A stretch of DNA of 64,000 nucleotides from Octopus sinensis (GCF_006345805.1 NC_043014.1:37944001-38008000); one strand, 5' to 3'. Positions 36,010-50,800 are shown, counted from the stretch's first letter. The notes: a model not told the origin generated them from the letters alone. Made by a program: numbers and translations.

Positions 36010-36170
36010 GACGGGCTTCTTTCAGTTTTCGGTAACCAAATCCACTCACAAGGCTTTATCGGCCTGAGGCTACAGTAGTAGAAGACACTTTCCCAAGGTA
36101 CCACACAGTGGGACTGAACTCCGAACCATGTGACTGCGAAGCAAACTTCTTACCACACATCCACGCCTGT
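36010..36170 (-). mobile_element. SINE family A, 5' half
   Basis: gacgggcttctttcagtt...ccaaatccactcacaaggcttt...cagtgggactgaac...cttaccacac. Confidence 0.8.
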
Positions 36171-36429
36171 GTCTATGACTAATACTTGGCTTCTTCATAC
36201 AAATTATGGGGCTGAGGCAGTAGCTTATTCTAGAACTACTCCTTTAGCTAATCCCAAGTCGCTGCAAACACGTAAGATACTACGAAAAATCAATAAAAGA
36301 CACCTGCTAACGTACCTAAGATACAGGCAGTGGTGAGCGGTTTTACGGAGAGAAAATCGCTTACTATGTATTTCAACGCAATAAGCATTGTTTTTGTTGT
36401 CGCCTGTCGCAACTGGAAGCAAAACGAAA

Positions 36430-36800
36430 GAATTTTCAGTTTTGTGAGCCGCGGGGTGTCAACTCTTCTGAGAAATGGTGCCTACAAGGTGGGGGTAATG
36501 ACTCTACCGAATGTAGATTTTGGTCAAGGTGTCAGCAAAAATGTTGACGCTTGTTGGTGGTTTGGTCGAGAAAGAGCAAACGGATGATCCCGAACTGATC
36601 TATTTAGGATAACCTGCATCTTATGCGATAAGTAAGAGAGCGAGTGGGTAAAAAAAAAAAACCTTGATTGCGAGAGCCTGATCAATTTAGACGAATCGAA
36701 AGTTTTCGATAAAGTCGGCAATCTTTACTTGATAGCTTTCCTTAAAGCAGTAATTTTCGGAAGCTGAATCGCAGCAGTGTACAGTGGCCTCTGATCGTTG
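36430..36800 (+). mobile_element. Highly decayed L1/Tx1-clade LINE remnant
   Basis: SRGVSTLL (APE-like), then EQT..IPN.SI.DNLHLMRD and LINLDESKVFDKV, resembling Tx1 RT motifs, across frameshifts. Confidence 0.5.
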
Positions 36801-37589
36801 GTCAGGACCGGTACATATCATGAACTTAAAAGATAAACATATATAGGAAATACCTAGATGTGGAGTAAAAACAGGATAGTATTATTATGACATCATACGC
36901 GAAATTAGCGATGGTGCTTAGTTTATGCATTTCTTTTTCTGCTTTTTAAAAAATTTTCTTTTTTACAAATTTTTGTCTCTGCGACGTGGTACAGTGAACA
37001 TAACTAATTTTACAACACGTTATCCCAAGTACAGTAGTAACATCACATATTCTGGTGATGTGCAAATTGTAGTGGAGTCTCAGCGCGCCTCTTGCTAATC
37101 GTGAAAATTGCTATCATATTCCCATCTTTTTTCTCCCCGACTTTCGCTACATTTGCCACAATGTTGCAAATCTCTTTTCAGACATATCGTCGTTGGGGGT
37201 CGACGTAATTATGGCATCAAAAGCGACAAAGTCAACATCAAAGTCTCTGAATCAAACATTGGAAATTTGAGAAATAAATAAGCTACATACAATAAATATC
37301 TGTTAACAACAGACGTGATGTGCGTGAAACTTTATTGATCGCTGTAAAATGATCAAAATGTTCATGTTACAACCATCTTTCATTCCTATGCACCTGTGCC
37401 AAAAATAACAGCATGTCACCATAACTTAATCTTCCTTCTCTTTTTTTTTGGTTTTTTTTTTTGATTATTTGGTTTTTACCCTCCCAAAATCGCAATATAA
37501 ATTAAAAGTGTCAACAACTGCTTTGGTTTGTTTTTCGTTTCTTTCATCTCTTATTTTTCACATCTCTTATTTTTCACATATATATTATA

Positions 37590-37970
37590 CTAGCAGTATC
37601 GCCCGCGTTGCTCAGGTTTGTAAGGGAAATAATTATAAGCATTTTTAGAGAGTTATAGCCAAAAAATAGCAAAAAAATGGAAAAAAAATGATGGTAAATT
37701 TTTTTTGAGAGTTAAAAAGGTGGAGTTGCGTCCCCTAGACGGTCTGTGGTTTGGGTTTCTGATTCTCGACCCCATGTCGAATTTATCGATCTTTTTCAGA
37801 ACTGGGGGAACTTTTCAAATTTTTCTCTGCGTTAGTTTTGAATTATGACATTGGGCTATGTGTGTATCAAGTTTCATCAGAATCGGTTGAAAGCCGTGGT
37901 CAGGGTGAGGGTACGAGAAAACAGACACACAGAAAACGCACAGACAAACTGCCGTTTATATAGAGAGAGA
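37590..37970 (-). mobile_element. Non-autonomous Helitron-like element (381 bp)
   Basis: Minus strand begins TC(TCTCTCTATATAAA) and ends CTAG, inserted between A and T with no TSD. A GC-rich imperfect hairpin (gcccgcgttgctcagg) lies ~10 bp from the CTAG. Internal gtatcaagtttcatcagaatcgg and acagacacacaga blocks resemble Lep1-type Helitrons. Confidence 0.7.
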
Positions 37971-40869
37971 TATATCATTTTCTGTTGCACGCTGAGCTGC
38001 CGTTCGTTGTTGGCTATATGCACGGCGTGCATTTCTTTGACATTAATTTTCTGTTGCACGCTGACCTGCCTTTCTTTGTTGGCTATCTGCACGTCGTGTC
38101 TTTGGCTGTAAGTTTCTGTTGCACGTCGAGCTGCCGTTTTTGTTGGCTAACTAGACGTCGTGCATTTCTTTGGCATTTATTTTCTGTTGCACGAGGACCT
38201 GACTTTCTTTGTTGGCTATCTGCACGTCGTGCATTACTTTCACTTTCATTTTCTGTTGCACAACAAGCTGTCCTTCTTTGTTGGCTATTTACACGTAGTG
38301 AATTCCTTTGATTTTCATTTTCTGTTGCACACCGAGCTGCCTTTCTTTGTTGGCTATCTACACCTCGTGCATTACTTTGAATTTCATTTTCTGCTGCAAG
38401 TCTATTTGCCTTTGTTGGCTATCTACACATCGTGTATTACTTTGGCTTTATTTCCTGTTTCACATCGAGCTGCCGTTCTTTGTTGGCTATCTACACGTCA
38501 TGCATTCCATTGATTTTCATTTTCTGTTGCACGCTGAGCTGCTGTTCGTTGTTGGCTATCTACACGGCGTGCATTTCTTTGGCATTCGTTTTCTGTTGCA
38601 CGCTTACCTGCCTTTCTTCCTTTGTTGGCTATCTACAAGACGTGCATTACTTTGACTTTAATTTTCTGTTGCACGAGGAGTTGCAGTTCATTTTTGGCTA
38701 TCTACACGTCGTGCATTCCATTGATTTTCATTTTCTCTTGCACGCTGAGCTGCCGTTCGTTTTTGGCAATCTACACGGCGTGCATTTCTTTGCCATTCAT
38801 TTTTTGTTGCACGCTGACCTGCCTTTCTTTGTTGGCTATAAACACGTTGTGCAAAACTTTGACTTTCATTTTCTGTTGCACGAAAAGCTGCTGTTCTTTG
38901 TTGGCTATCTACACGACGTGTATTTCTTTGATTTTCATTTTCTGTAGCACGAGGATATGCCATTGATTGTTGGCTATCTACACGATGTGCATTCCTTTGA
39001 TTTTCATTTTCTGTTGCACGCCGAACTACCGTACGTTGTTGGCTATGTACATGTCGTGCATTTCTTTGGCATTCATTTTCTGTTGCACGAGAGTCTGCTG
39101 TTCTTTGTTGGCTATCTACACGACGTGCATTCCTTTCATTTTCATTTTCTGTAGACGAGGAGTTGCCGTTCATTGTTGGCTATCTACACGTGGTGCATTC
39201 CTTTGATTTTCATTGTCTGTTGCACGACGTGCTTCATTCTTTGTTGGCTATCAACACGACGTGCATTCCTTGCATTTTCATTTTCTGTAGCACGAGGAGT
39301 TGCTGTTCATTTTTGGATATCTACACGTCGTGAATTCCTTTGATTTTCAATTTTGTTGCACGCTGAGCTGCCGTTCGTTCTTGGCTATCTACACGGCGTG
39401 CATTTCTTTGTTGGCTATCTACACGGCATGCATTTATTTGACTTCCATTTTGTGTTGCACGGTGACCTGCCTTTCTTTGCCTGCTATCTACACGGCGTGC
39501 ATTTCTTTGGCATTCGCTTCCTGTTGCACGATGACCTGCCTTTCTTTGTTTGGTATCTACACGGCGTGCATTTCTTTGGCATTGATTTTCTGTTGCACGC
39601 TAGCCTGCCTTTTCTTCGTCGGCTATCTACACGTCGTGCAATACTTTGACTTTCATTTTCTGTAGCACGAGCAGATGCTGTTCATTTTTGGCTACATACA
39701 CATCGTGCAATCCATTGATTTTCATTTTCTATTGGACGCTAAGCTGCCGTTCTTTGTTGGCTATCTACACGACGTGCATTCCTGTGATTTTCATTTTCTA
39801 TAGCACGAGGAGTTGCTGTTCATTGTTGGCTATCTACACGTCGTGCACTCTTTTAATTTTCATTATTTGCTGCAAGTCGAGATGCCGTTCTTCGTTGGCT
39901 ATCTACATGTCGTGCATTTCTTTGGCTTTCACTTCCTACTATACGTCGAGCTGCCGTTCTTTGTTGGCTAACAACACGGCGTGCATTACTTTGACATTCA
40001 TTTTCTGTTGCACAACAAGCTGCTGTACTTTGTTGGCTATCTACACGCCGTGCATTCCATTGATTTTCATTTTCTGTTGCACGCTGAGCTGCCGTTCGTT
40101 GTTGGCTATATACACGGCGTGCTTTTCTTTTGCATTAGTTTTCTGTTGCACGATGACCTGACTTTCTTTGTTGGCTATCTACACGCCGTGCATTCCATTG
40201 ATTTTCATTTTCTGTTGCACGCTGAGCTGCCGTTCGTTGTTGGCTATATACACGGCGTGCTTTTTGTTTTGCATTAGTTTTCTGTTGCACGATGACCTGA
40301 CTTTCTTTGTTGGCTATCTACACGACATGCATTCCTTTGATTTTCATTTTCTGTAGCACGAGGAGTAGCTGTTCATTTTTGGATATCTACACGTCGTGAA
40401 TTACTTTGATTTTCAATTTTGTTGAACGCTGAGCTGCCCTTCGTTCTTGGCAATCTACACGGCGTGCATTTCATTGGCATTCATTTTCTGTAATACGCCG
40501 AACTGCCTTTCTTTGTCGGCTATCTACACGGCATGCATTTATTTGGCTTTTATTTTGTGTTGTACGATGACCTGCCTTTCTTTGCCTGCTATCTACACGG
40601 CGTGCATTTCTTAGGCATTCGCTTCCTATTGCACGATGTCTTGCCTTACTTTGTTGGCTATCTACACGGCGTGCATTTCTTTGGCATTCATTTTCTGATG
40701 CACGCTGGCCTGCCTTTCTTCGTTGGCTATCTACACGTCATGCAATACTTTGACTTTAATTTTCTGTAGCACGAGCAGTTGCTGTTCATTTTTGGCTAAC
40801 TACACGTCGTGCTTGTCTTTGACTTACATTTTCTGCTGCAAATCATGCTGCCGTTCTTCGTTGGCTATC

Positions 40870-42540
40870 TACACGTCGTGTATTTCTTTGGCTTTCATTT
40901 CCTTCGTCACGTCAAGCTGCCGTTCTTTGTTGGCTAACAACACGGCGTGCATTTCTTTGGCAAACATTTTTTGTTGCACGACGTGCTTCAGTTCTTTGTT
41001 GGCTATCTACACGACGTGCATTTCTTTGGCTTTCATTTCCTTCGTCACGTCGAGCTGCCGTTCTTTGTTTTGCTATCTACTCGTCGTTTATTCCTTTGAT
41101 TTTCATTTTCTGTTGCACGCTGAGCTGCCGTTCAGTATTAGCTATCTACACGGCGTGCATTTTTTTGGCATTCATTTCCTGTAGTACGCTGAACTACCTT
41201 TCTTATTTGGCTATCTACACGACGTGCATTTATTTGGCATTATTTTTCTGTTGCACGATGTTGCCTTTCTTTGTTGGCAATCTACACGGCATGCATATAT
41301 TTGACTTTCACTTTGTGTTGCACGGTGACTTGCCTTTCTTTGCCTGCTATCTACACGGCGTGCATTTCTTTGGCATTCGCTTCCTGTTGCACGATGACCT
41401 GCCTTTCTTTGTTGGCTATTTACACGACGGGCATTTCTTTGGCATTGATTTTCTGTTGCACGCTAGCCTACCTTTTCTTCGTTGGCTATCTACACGTCGT
41501 GCAATACTTTGACTTTCATTTTCTGTAGCACGAGCAGTTGCTGTTCATTTTTGGCTATCTACACGTCGTGCATTCCATTTATTTTAATTTTCTGTTGCAC
41601 GAGGAGTAGCCGTTCATTGTTGGCTATCTACACGTCGTGCACTCTTTTGGTTCTCATTTTCTGCTCCAAGTACAGCTGCCGTTCATCGTTGGCTATCTAC
41701 ACGTCGTGCATTTCTTTGGCTTTCATTTCCTTCGTCACGTCAAGCTGCCGTTCTTTGTTGGCTAACAACACGGCGTGCATTTCTTTGGCAAACATTTTTT
41801 GTTGCACGACGTGCTTCAGTTCTTTGTTGGCTATCTACACGACGTGCATTTCTTGGCTTTCATTTCCTTCGTCACGTCGAGCTGCCGTTCTTTGTTTTGC
41901 TATCTACTCGTCGTTTATTCCTTTGATTTTCATTTTCTGTTGCACGCTGAGCTGCCGTTCAGTATTAGCTATCTACACGGCGTGCATTTTTTTGGCATTC
42001 ATTTCCTGTAGTACGCTGAACTACCTTTCTTATTTGGCTATCTACACGACGTGCATTTATTTGGCATTATTTTTCTGTTGCACGATGTTGCCTTTCTTTG
42101 TTGGCAATCTACACGGCATGCATATATTTGACTTTCACTTTGTGTTGCACGGTGACTTGCCTTTCTTTGCCTGCTATCTACACGGCGTGCATTTCTTTGG
42201 CATTCGCTTCCTGTTGCACGATGACCTGCCTTTCTTTGTTGGCTATTTACACGACGGGCATTTCTTTGGCATTGATTTTCTGTTGCACGCTAGCCTGCCT
42301 TTCTTCGTTGGCTATCTACACGTCGTGCAATACTTTGACTTTCATTTTCTGTAGCACGAGCAGTTGCTGTTCATTTTTGGCTATCTACACGTCGTGCATT
42401 CCATTTATTTTAATTTTCTGTTGCACGAGGAGTAGCCGTTCATTGTTGGCTATCTACACGTCGTGCAATCTTTTGGTTTTCATTTTCTGCTCCAAGTACA
42501 GCTGCCGTTCATCGTTGGCTATCTACATGTCGTGCATTTC
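40870..42540. repeat. 12-monomer higher-order repeat (828 bp), two copies
   Basis: Diagnostic gctaacaacac at 40933 and 41761 (offset 828 = 12x69). ORF starts 41271 and 42098. Partial third copy at ~43370-43770. Confidence 0.9.
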
Positions 42541-44889
42541 TTTGGCATTCATGTTCTGGTGCACGCTGACCAGCCTTTCTTTGTTGGCTATCTACACGTT
42601 GTGCAATACTTTGACTTCCATTTTCTGTTGCACGACAAGATTCTGTTCATTTTTGGCTATATGCCCGTCTTGCTATACTTTGACTTTCCTGTTCTCTTAC
42701 ACGACAAGCTGCTGTTCTTTGTTGGGTATCTACACGACATGCGTTTCTTCGGCAAACATCTTTTGTTGCACGACGTGCTTCAGTTCTTTATTGGCTATCT
42801 ACACGACGTGAATTCCTTTGAATTTCATTTTCTGTAGCACGCTGAGCTGCCGTTCATTAGTGGTTATCTACACGGCGTGCATTTCTGTGGCAAACATCTT
42901 TTGTTGCACGACGTGCTTCAGTTCTTTGTTGGCTATCTACACGGCATGTACTTCTTTGGCAAACATTTTTGTTGCACGACGTGCTTCAGTTCTTTGATGG
43001 CTATCTACACGGCGTGCATTTCTTTGGCAAACATTTTTTGTTGCACGACGTGCTTCAGTTCTTTAATGGCTATCTACACGACGTGAATGCCTTTGACTTC
43101 CATTTTCTGTAGCACGCTGAGCAGCCGTTCATTATTGGTTATCTACACGGCGTGCATTTCTTTGGCATTCATATCCTGTAGTTCGCTGAAAAACCTTTCT
43201 TTGTTGGCTATCTACACGGCGTGCATTTATTTTGCATTAGCTTTCTGTTGCTGGATGTATTGCCTTTCTTTGATGGCTATCTACACGGCGTTCATTTCTT
43301 TGAATTTCATTTTCTGTAGCACGCTGAGCAGCCGTTCATTATTGGTTATCTACACGGCGTGCATTTCTTGGCATTCGCTTCCTGTTGCACGATGACCTGC
43401 CTTTCTTTGTTGGCTATTTACACGACGGGCATTTCTTTGGCATTGATTTTCTGTTGCACGCTAGCCTACCTTTTCTTCGTTGGCTATCTACACGTCGTGC
43501 AATACTTTGACTTTCATTTTCTGTAGCACGAGCAGTTGCTGTTCATTTTTGGCTATCTACACGTCGTGCATTCCATTTATTTTAATTTTCTGTTGCACGA
43601 GGAGTAGCCGTTCATTGTTGGCTATCTACACGTCGTGCACTCTTTTGGTTCTCATTTTCTGCTCCAAGTACAGCTGCCGTTCATCGTTGGCTATCTACAC
43701 GTCGTGCATTTCTTTGGCATTCATGTTCTGGTGCACGCTGACCAGCCTTTCTTTGTTGGCTATCTACACGTTAGATTTTCATTTTCTCTAGGACGAGGAG
43801 TTGCCGTTCATTGTTGGTTATCTACACGTCGTGTATGTCTGACTTTCATAGTCTACTGGTAGTCGAGCTGCCGTTATTCGTTGGCTATCTACACGTCGAG
43901 CATTACTTTGACTTTCATTTTCAGTTGCACAACAAGATGCTGTTCATTTTTGGCTATCTACACGTCTGTCATTGCTTTGATTTTCATTTTCTGTTGCAAG
44001 CCGAGCTGCAGTTCGTTGTTTGCTATCTATACGGCGTGCATTTCTTTGGAAAACATTTTTTGTTGCACAACGTGCTTCAGTTTTTTATTGGCTATCTACA
44101 CGACGTGAATTCCTTTGATTTTCATTTTCTGTAGCACGCTGAGCTGCCGTTCATAATTGGTTATCTACACGGCGTGCATTTCTTTGGCAAACATTTTTTG
44201 TTGCACGACGTGCTTCAGTTCTTTGTTGGCTATTTACACGGCGTGCATTTCTTTGGCAAATATTTTTTGTTGCACAACGTGCTTCAGTTTGGCATTCATA
44301 TCCTGTAGTACATTCATATCCTTTGGCATTCATATCCTGTAGTACGCTGAACAACCTTTCTTTGTTGGCTATCTACACGTCGTGCAATACTTTGACGTCC
44401 ATTTTCTGTTGCACGACAAGATGCTGTTCCTTTTTGGCTATATGCACGTCTTGCTATACTTTGACTTTCCTGTTCTCTTACACGACAAGCTGCTGTTCTT
44501 TGTTGGGTATCTACACGACATGCATTTCTTCGGCAAACATCTTTTGTTGCACGACGTGCTTCAGTTCTTTATTGGCTATCTACACGACGTGAATTCCTTT
44601 GAATTTCATTTTCTGTAGCACGCTGAGCTGCCGTTCATTAGTGGTTATCTACACGGCGTGCATTTCTGTGGCAAACATCTTTTGTTGCACGACGTGCTTC
44701 AGTTCTTTGTTGGCTATCTACACGGCATGTACTTCTTTGGCTAACATTCTTTGTTGCACGACGTGCTTCAGATCTTTGTTGGCTATCTACACGGCGTGCA
44801 TTTCTTTGGCAAACATTTTATGTTGCACGACGTGCTTCTGTTCTTTATTGGCTATCTACACGTCGTGAATTCCTTCGATTTTCATTTTC

Positions 44890-47800
44890 TGTAGCACGCT
44901 GAGCTGCCGTTCATTATTGGTTATCTACACGGCGTGCATTTCTTTGGCTAACATTTTTTGTTGCACGAGGTGCTTCAGTTCTTTATCGGCTATCTACACG
45001 TCGTGAATTCCTTTGATCTTCATTTTCTGTAGCACGCTGAGCTGCCGTTCATTATTGGTTATCTACACGGCGTGCATTTCTTTGGCATTCTATCCTGTAG
45101 TTCGCTGAAAAACCTTTCTGTGTGGCTATCTACACGGCGTGCATTTATTTTGCATTAGCTTTCTGTTGCTCGATGTATTGCCTTTCTTGATGGCTATCTA
45201 CACGGCGTTCATTTCTTTGAATTTCATTTTCTGTAGCACGCTGAGCAGCCGTTCATTATTGGTTATCTACACGGCGTGCATTTCTTTGGCATTCATATCC
45301 TGTAGTTCGCTGAAAAACCTTTCTTTGTTGGCTATCTACACGGCGTGCATTTATTTTGCATTAGCTTTCTGTGCTCGAGGTATTGCCTTTCTTTGATGGC
45401 TATCTACACGGCGTTCATTTCCTTGAATTTCATTTTCTGTAGCATGCTGAGCTGCCGTTCATTATTGGTTATCTATACACGGCATGCATTTCCTTGGCTA
45501 ACATTCCTTGTTGCACGACGTGCTTCAGATCTGTGTGGCTATCTACACGGCGTGCATTTCTTGGCAAACATTTTATGTTGCACGACGTGCTTCTGTTCTT
45601 TATTGGCTATCTACACGTCGTGAATTCCTTCGATTTTCATTTTCTGTAGCACGCTGAGCTGCCGTTCATTAGGGTTATTACACGGCGTGCATTTTTTGGC
45701 TAAATTTTTTGTTGCACGAGGTGCTTCAGTTCTTTATCGGCTATCTACACGTCGTGAATTCCTTTGATCTTCATTTTCTGTAGCACGCTGAGCTGCCGTT
45801 CATTATTGGTTATCTACGGCGTGCATTTCTTTGGCATTCATATCCTGTAGTTCGCTGAAAAACCTTTCTTTGTTGGCTATCTACACGGCGTGCATTTATT
45901 TTGCATTAGCTTCTGTTGCTCGATGTATTGCCTTTCTTTGATGGCTATCTACACGGCGTTCATTTCTTTGAATTCATTTTCTGTAGCCGCTGAGCAGCCG
46001 TTCATTATTGGTTATCTACACGGCGTGCATTCTTTGGCATTCATATCCTGTAGTTCGCTGAAAAACCTTTCTTTGTTGGCTATCTACACGGCGTGCATTT
46101 ATTTTGCATTAGCTTTCTGTTGCTCGATGTATTGCCTTTCTTTGATGGCTATCTACACGGCGTTCATTTCTTTGAATTTCATTTTCTGTAGCATGCTGAG
46201 CTGCCGTTCATTATTGGTTATCTACACGGCATGCATTTCCTTGGCTAACATTCTTTGTTGCACGACGTGCTTCAGATCTTTGTTGGCTATCTACACGGCG
46301 TGCATTTCTTTGTCAAACATTTTATGTTGCACGACGTGCTTCTGTTCTTTATTGGCTATCTACACGTCGTGAATTCCTTCGATTTTCATTTTCTGTAGCA
46401 CGCTGAGCTGCCGTTCATTATTGGTTATCTACACGGCGTGCATTTCTTTGGCTAACATTTTTTGTTGCGCGAGGTGCTTCAGTTCTTTATCGGCTATCTA
46501 CACGTCGTGAATTCCTTTGATCTTCATTTTCTGTAGCACGCTGAGCTGCCGTTCATTATTGGTTATCTACACGGCGGCATTTCTTTGGCATTCATATCCT
46601 GTAGTACGCTGAACAACCTTTCTTTGTTGGCTATCTACACGGCGTGCATTTATTTGGCATTACTTTTCTGTTGCTCGATGTATTGCCTTTCTTTGATGGC
46701 TATCTACACGGCGTTCATTTCTTTGGCATTCATGTTCTGGTGCACGCTGACGGGTCTTTTTGTTGGCTATCTACACGTTGTGCAATACTTTGACGTCCAT
46801 TTTCTGTTGCACGACAAGATTCTGTTCATTTTTGGCTATATGCCCGTCTTGCTATACTTTGACTTTCCTGTTCTCTTACACGACAAGCTGCTGTTCTTTG
46901 TTGGGTATCTATACGACATGCATTCCTTGATTTTAATTTTCTCTAGAACGAGGAGTTGCCGTCCATTGTTGGTTATCTACACGTCGTGTATGTCTGACTT
47001 TCATAGTCTACTGGTAGTCGAGCTGCCGTTATTCGTTGGCTATCTACACGTCGTGCATTACTTTTACTTTCATTTTCTGTTGCACAACAAGATGCTGTTC
47101 AGTTTTGGCTATATACACGTCTGTCATTGCTTTGATTTTCATTTTCTGTTGCAAGCCGAGCTGAAGTTCGTTGTTTGCTATCTACAAGGCGTGCATTTCT
47201 TTGGCAAACATTTCTTGTTGCACGACGTGCTTCAGTTCTTTATTGGCTATCTACACGACGTGAATTCCTTTGATTTCCATTTTCTGTAGCATGCTGAGCT
47301 GCCGTTCATTATTGGTTATCTACACGGCATGCATTTCTTTGGCTAACATTTCTTTGTTGCACGACGTGCTTCAGTTCTTTGTCGGCTATCTACACGGCGT
47401 GCATTTCTTTGGCAAACATTTTTTGTTGCACGAGGTGCTTCAGTTCTTTATTGGCTATCTACACGACGTGAATTCCTTTGATTTTCATTTTCTGTAGCAA
47501 ACATCTTATGTTGCACGACGTGCTTCAGTTCTTTAGTGGCTATCTACACGTCGTGAATTCCTTCGATTTTCATTTTCTGTAGCACGCTGAGCTGCCGTTC
47601 ATTATTGGTTATCTACACGGCGTGCATTTCTTTGGCAAACATTTTTTGTTGCACGACGTGCTTCAGTTCTTTATTGGCTATCTACACGTCGTGAATTCCT
47701 TCGATTTTCATTTTCTGTAGCACGCTGAGCTGCCGTTCATTATTGGTTATCTACACGGCGTGCATTTCTTTGGCAAACATTTTTTGTTGCACGACGTGCT

Positions 47801-50800
47801 TCAGTTCTTTATTGGCTATCTACACGTCGTGAATTCCTTCGATTTTCATTTTCTGTAGCACGCTGAGCTGCCGTTCATTATTGGTTATCTACACGGCGTG
47901 CATTTCTTTGGCAAATATTCTTTGTTGCACGACGTGCTTCAGTTCTGTAGTGGCTATCTACACGGCGTGCATTTCTTTGGCAAATATTCTTTGTTGCACG
48001 ACGTGCTTCAGTTCTGTAGTGGCTGTCTACACGTCGTGAATTCCTTTGATTTTCATTATCTGTAGCACGCTGAGCTGCCGTTCATTATTGGTTATCTACA
48101 CGGCGTGCATTTATTTGGCTAACATTTTTTGTTGCACGAGGTGCTTCAGTTCTTTATCGGCTATCTACACGTCGTGAATTCCTTTGATCTTCATTTTCTG
48201 TAGCACGCTGAGCTTCCGTTCATTATTGGTTATCTACACGGCGTGCATTTCTTTGGCATTCATATCCTGTAGTTCGCTGAAAAACCTTTCTTTGTTGGCT
48301 ATCTACACGGCGTGCATTTATTTTGCATTAGCTTTCTGTTGCTCGATGTATTGCCTTTCTTTGATGGCTATCTACACGGCGTTCATTTCTTTGAATTTCA
48401 TTTTCTGTAGCACGCTGAGCAGCCGTTCATTATTGGTTATCTACACGGCGTGCATTTCTTTGGCATTCATATCCTGTAGTTCGCTGAAAAACCTTTCTTT
48501 GTTGGCTATCTACACGGCGTGCATTTATTTTGCATTAGCTTTCTGTTGCTTGATGTATTGCCTTTCTTTGATGGCTATCTACACGGCGTTCATTTCTTTG
48601 AATTTCATTTTCTGTAGCATGCTGAGCTGCCGTTCATTATTGGTTATCTACACGGCATGCATTTCCTTGGCTAACATTCCTTGTTGCACGACGTGCTTCA
48701 GATCTTTGTTGGCTATCTACACGGCGTGCATTTCTTTGGCAAACATTTTATGTTGCACGACGTGCTTCTGTTCTTTATTGGCTATCTACACGTCGTGAAT
48801 TCCTTCGATTTTCATTTTCTGTAGCACGCTGAGCTGCCGTTCATTATTGGTTATCTACACGGCGTGCATTTCTTTGGCTAACATTTTTTGTTGCACGAGG
48901 TGCTTCAGTTCTTTATCGGCTATCTACACGTCGTGAATTCCTTTGATCTTCATTTTCTGTAGCACGCTGAGCTGCCGTTTTATTGGTTATCTACACGGCG
49001 TGCATTTCTTTGGCATTCATATCCTGTAGTACGCTGAAAAACCTTCTTTGTTGGCTATCTACAAGGCGTGCATTTATTTTGCATTAGCTTTCTGTTGCTC
49101 GATGTATTGCCTTTCTTGGATGGCTATCTACACGCGTTCATTTCTTTGAATTCATTTCTGTAGCACGCTGAGCAGCCGTTCATTATTGGTTATCTACACG
49201 GCGTGCATTTCTTTGGCATTCATATCCTGTAGTTCGCTGAAAAACCTTTCTTTGTTGCCTATCTACACGGCGTGCTTTATTTTGCATTAGCTCTTTTGCT
49301 CGATGTATTGCCTTTCTTTGATGGCTATCTACACGGCGTTCATTTCTTTGAATTTCATTTTCTGTAGCATGCTGAGCTGCCGTTCATTATTGGTTATCTA
49401 CACGGCATGCATTTCCTTGGCTAACATTCTTTGTTGCACGACGTGCTTCAGATCTTTGTTGGCTATCTACACGGCGTGCATTTCTTTGTCAAACATTTTA
49501 TGTTGCACGACGTGCTTCTGTTCTTTATTGGCTATCTACACGTCGTGAATTCCTTCGATTTTCATTTTCTGTAGCACGCTGAGCTGCCGTTCATTATTGG
49601 TTATCTACACGGCGTGCATTTCTTTGGCTAACATTTTTTGTTGCACGAGGTGCTTCAGTTCTTTATCGGCTATCTACACGTCGTGAATTCCTTTGATCTT
49701 CATTTTCTGTAGCACGCTGAGCTGCCGTTCATTATTGGTTATCTACACGGCGTGCATTTCTTTGGCATTCATATCCTGTAGTACGCTGAACAACCTTTCT
49801 TTGTTGGCTATCTACACGGCGTGCATTTATTTGGCATTACTTTTCTGTTGCTCGATGTATTGCCTTTCTTTGATGGCTATCTACACGGCGTTCATTTCTT
49901 TGGCATTCATGTTCTGGTGCACGCTGACGGGTCTTTCTTTGTTGGCTATCTACACGTTGTGCAATACTTTGACGTCCATTTTCTGTTGCACGACAAGATT
50001 CTGTTCATTTTTGGCTATATGCCCGTCTTGCTATACTTTGACTTTCCTGTTCTCTTACACGACAAGCTGCTGTTCTTTGTTGGGTATCTATACGACATGC
50101 ATTCCTTGATTTTAATTTTCTCTAGAACGAGGAGTTGCCGTCCATTGTTGGTTATCTACACGTCGTGTATGTCTGACTTTCATAGTCTACTGGTAGTCGA
50201 GCTGCCGTTATTCGTTGGCTATCTACACGTCGTGCATTACTTTTACTTTCATTTTCTGTTGCACAACAAGATGCTGTTCAGTTTTGGCTATATACACGTC
50301 TGTCATTGCTTTGATTTTCATTTTCTGTTGCAAGCCGAGCTGAAGTTCGTTGTTTGCTATCTACAAGGCGTGCATTTCTTTGGCAAACATTTCTTGTTGC
50401 ACGACGTGCTTCAGTTCTTTATTGGCTATCTACACGACGTGAATTCCTTTGATTTCCATTTTCTGTAGCATGCTGAGCTGCCGTTCATTATTGGTTATCT
50501 ACACGGCATGCATTTCTTTGGCTAACATTTCTTGTTGCACGACGTGCTTCAGTTCTTTGTCGGCTATCTACACGGCGTGCATTTCTTTGGCAAACATTTT
50601 TTGTTGCACGAGGTGCTTCAGTTCTTTATTGGCTATCTACACGACGTGAATTCTTTGATTTTCATTTTCTGTAGCAAACATCTTTTGTTGCACGACGTGC
50701 TTCAGTTCTTTAGTGGCTATCTACACGTCGTGAATTCCTTCGATTTTCATTTTCTGTAGCACGCTGAGCTGCCGTTCATTATTGGTTATCTACACGGCGT

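Noticed and set aside
39890-39910. cttcgttgg resembling the start of a CENP-B box
   Set aside because: The downstream A..CGGG part is absent, and the motif is a minority variant.
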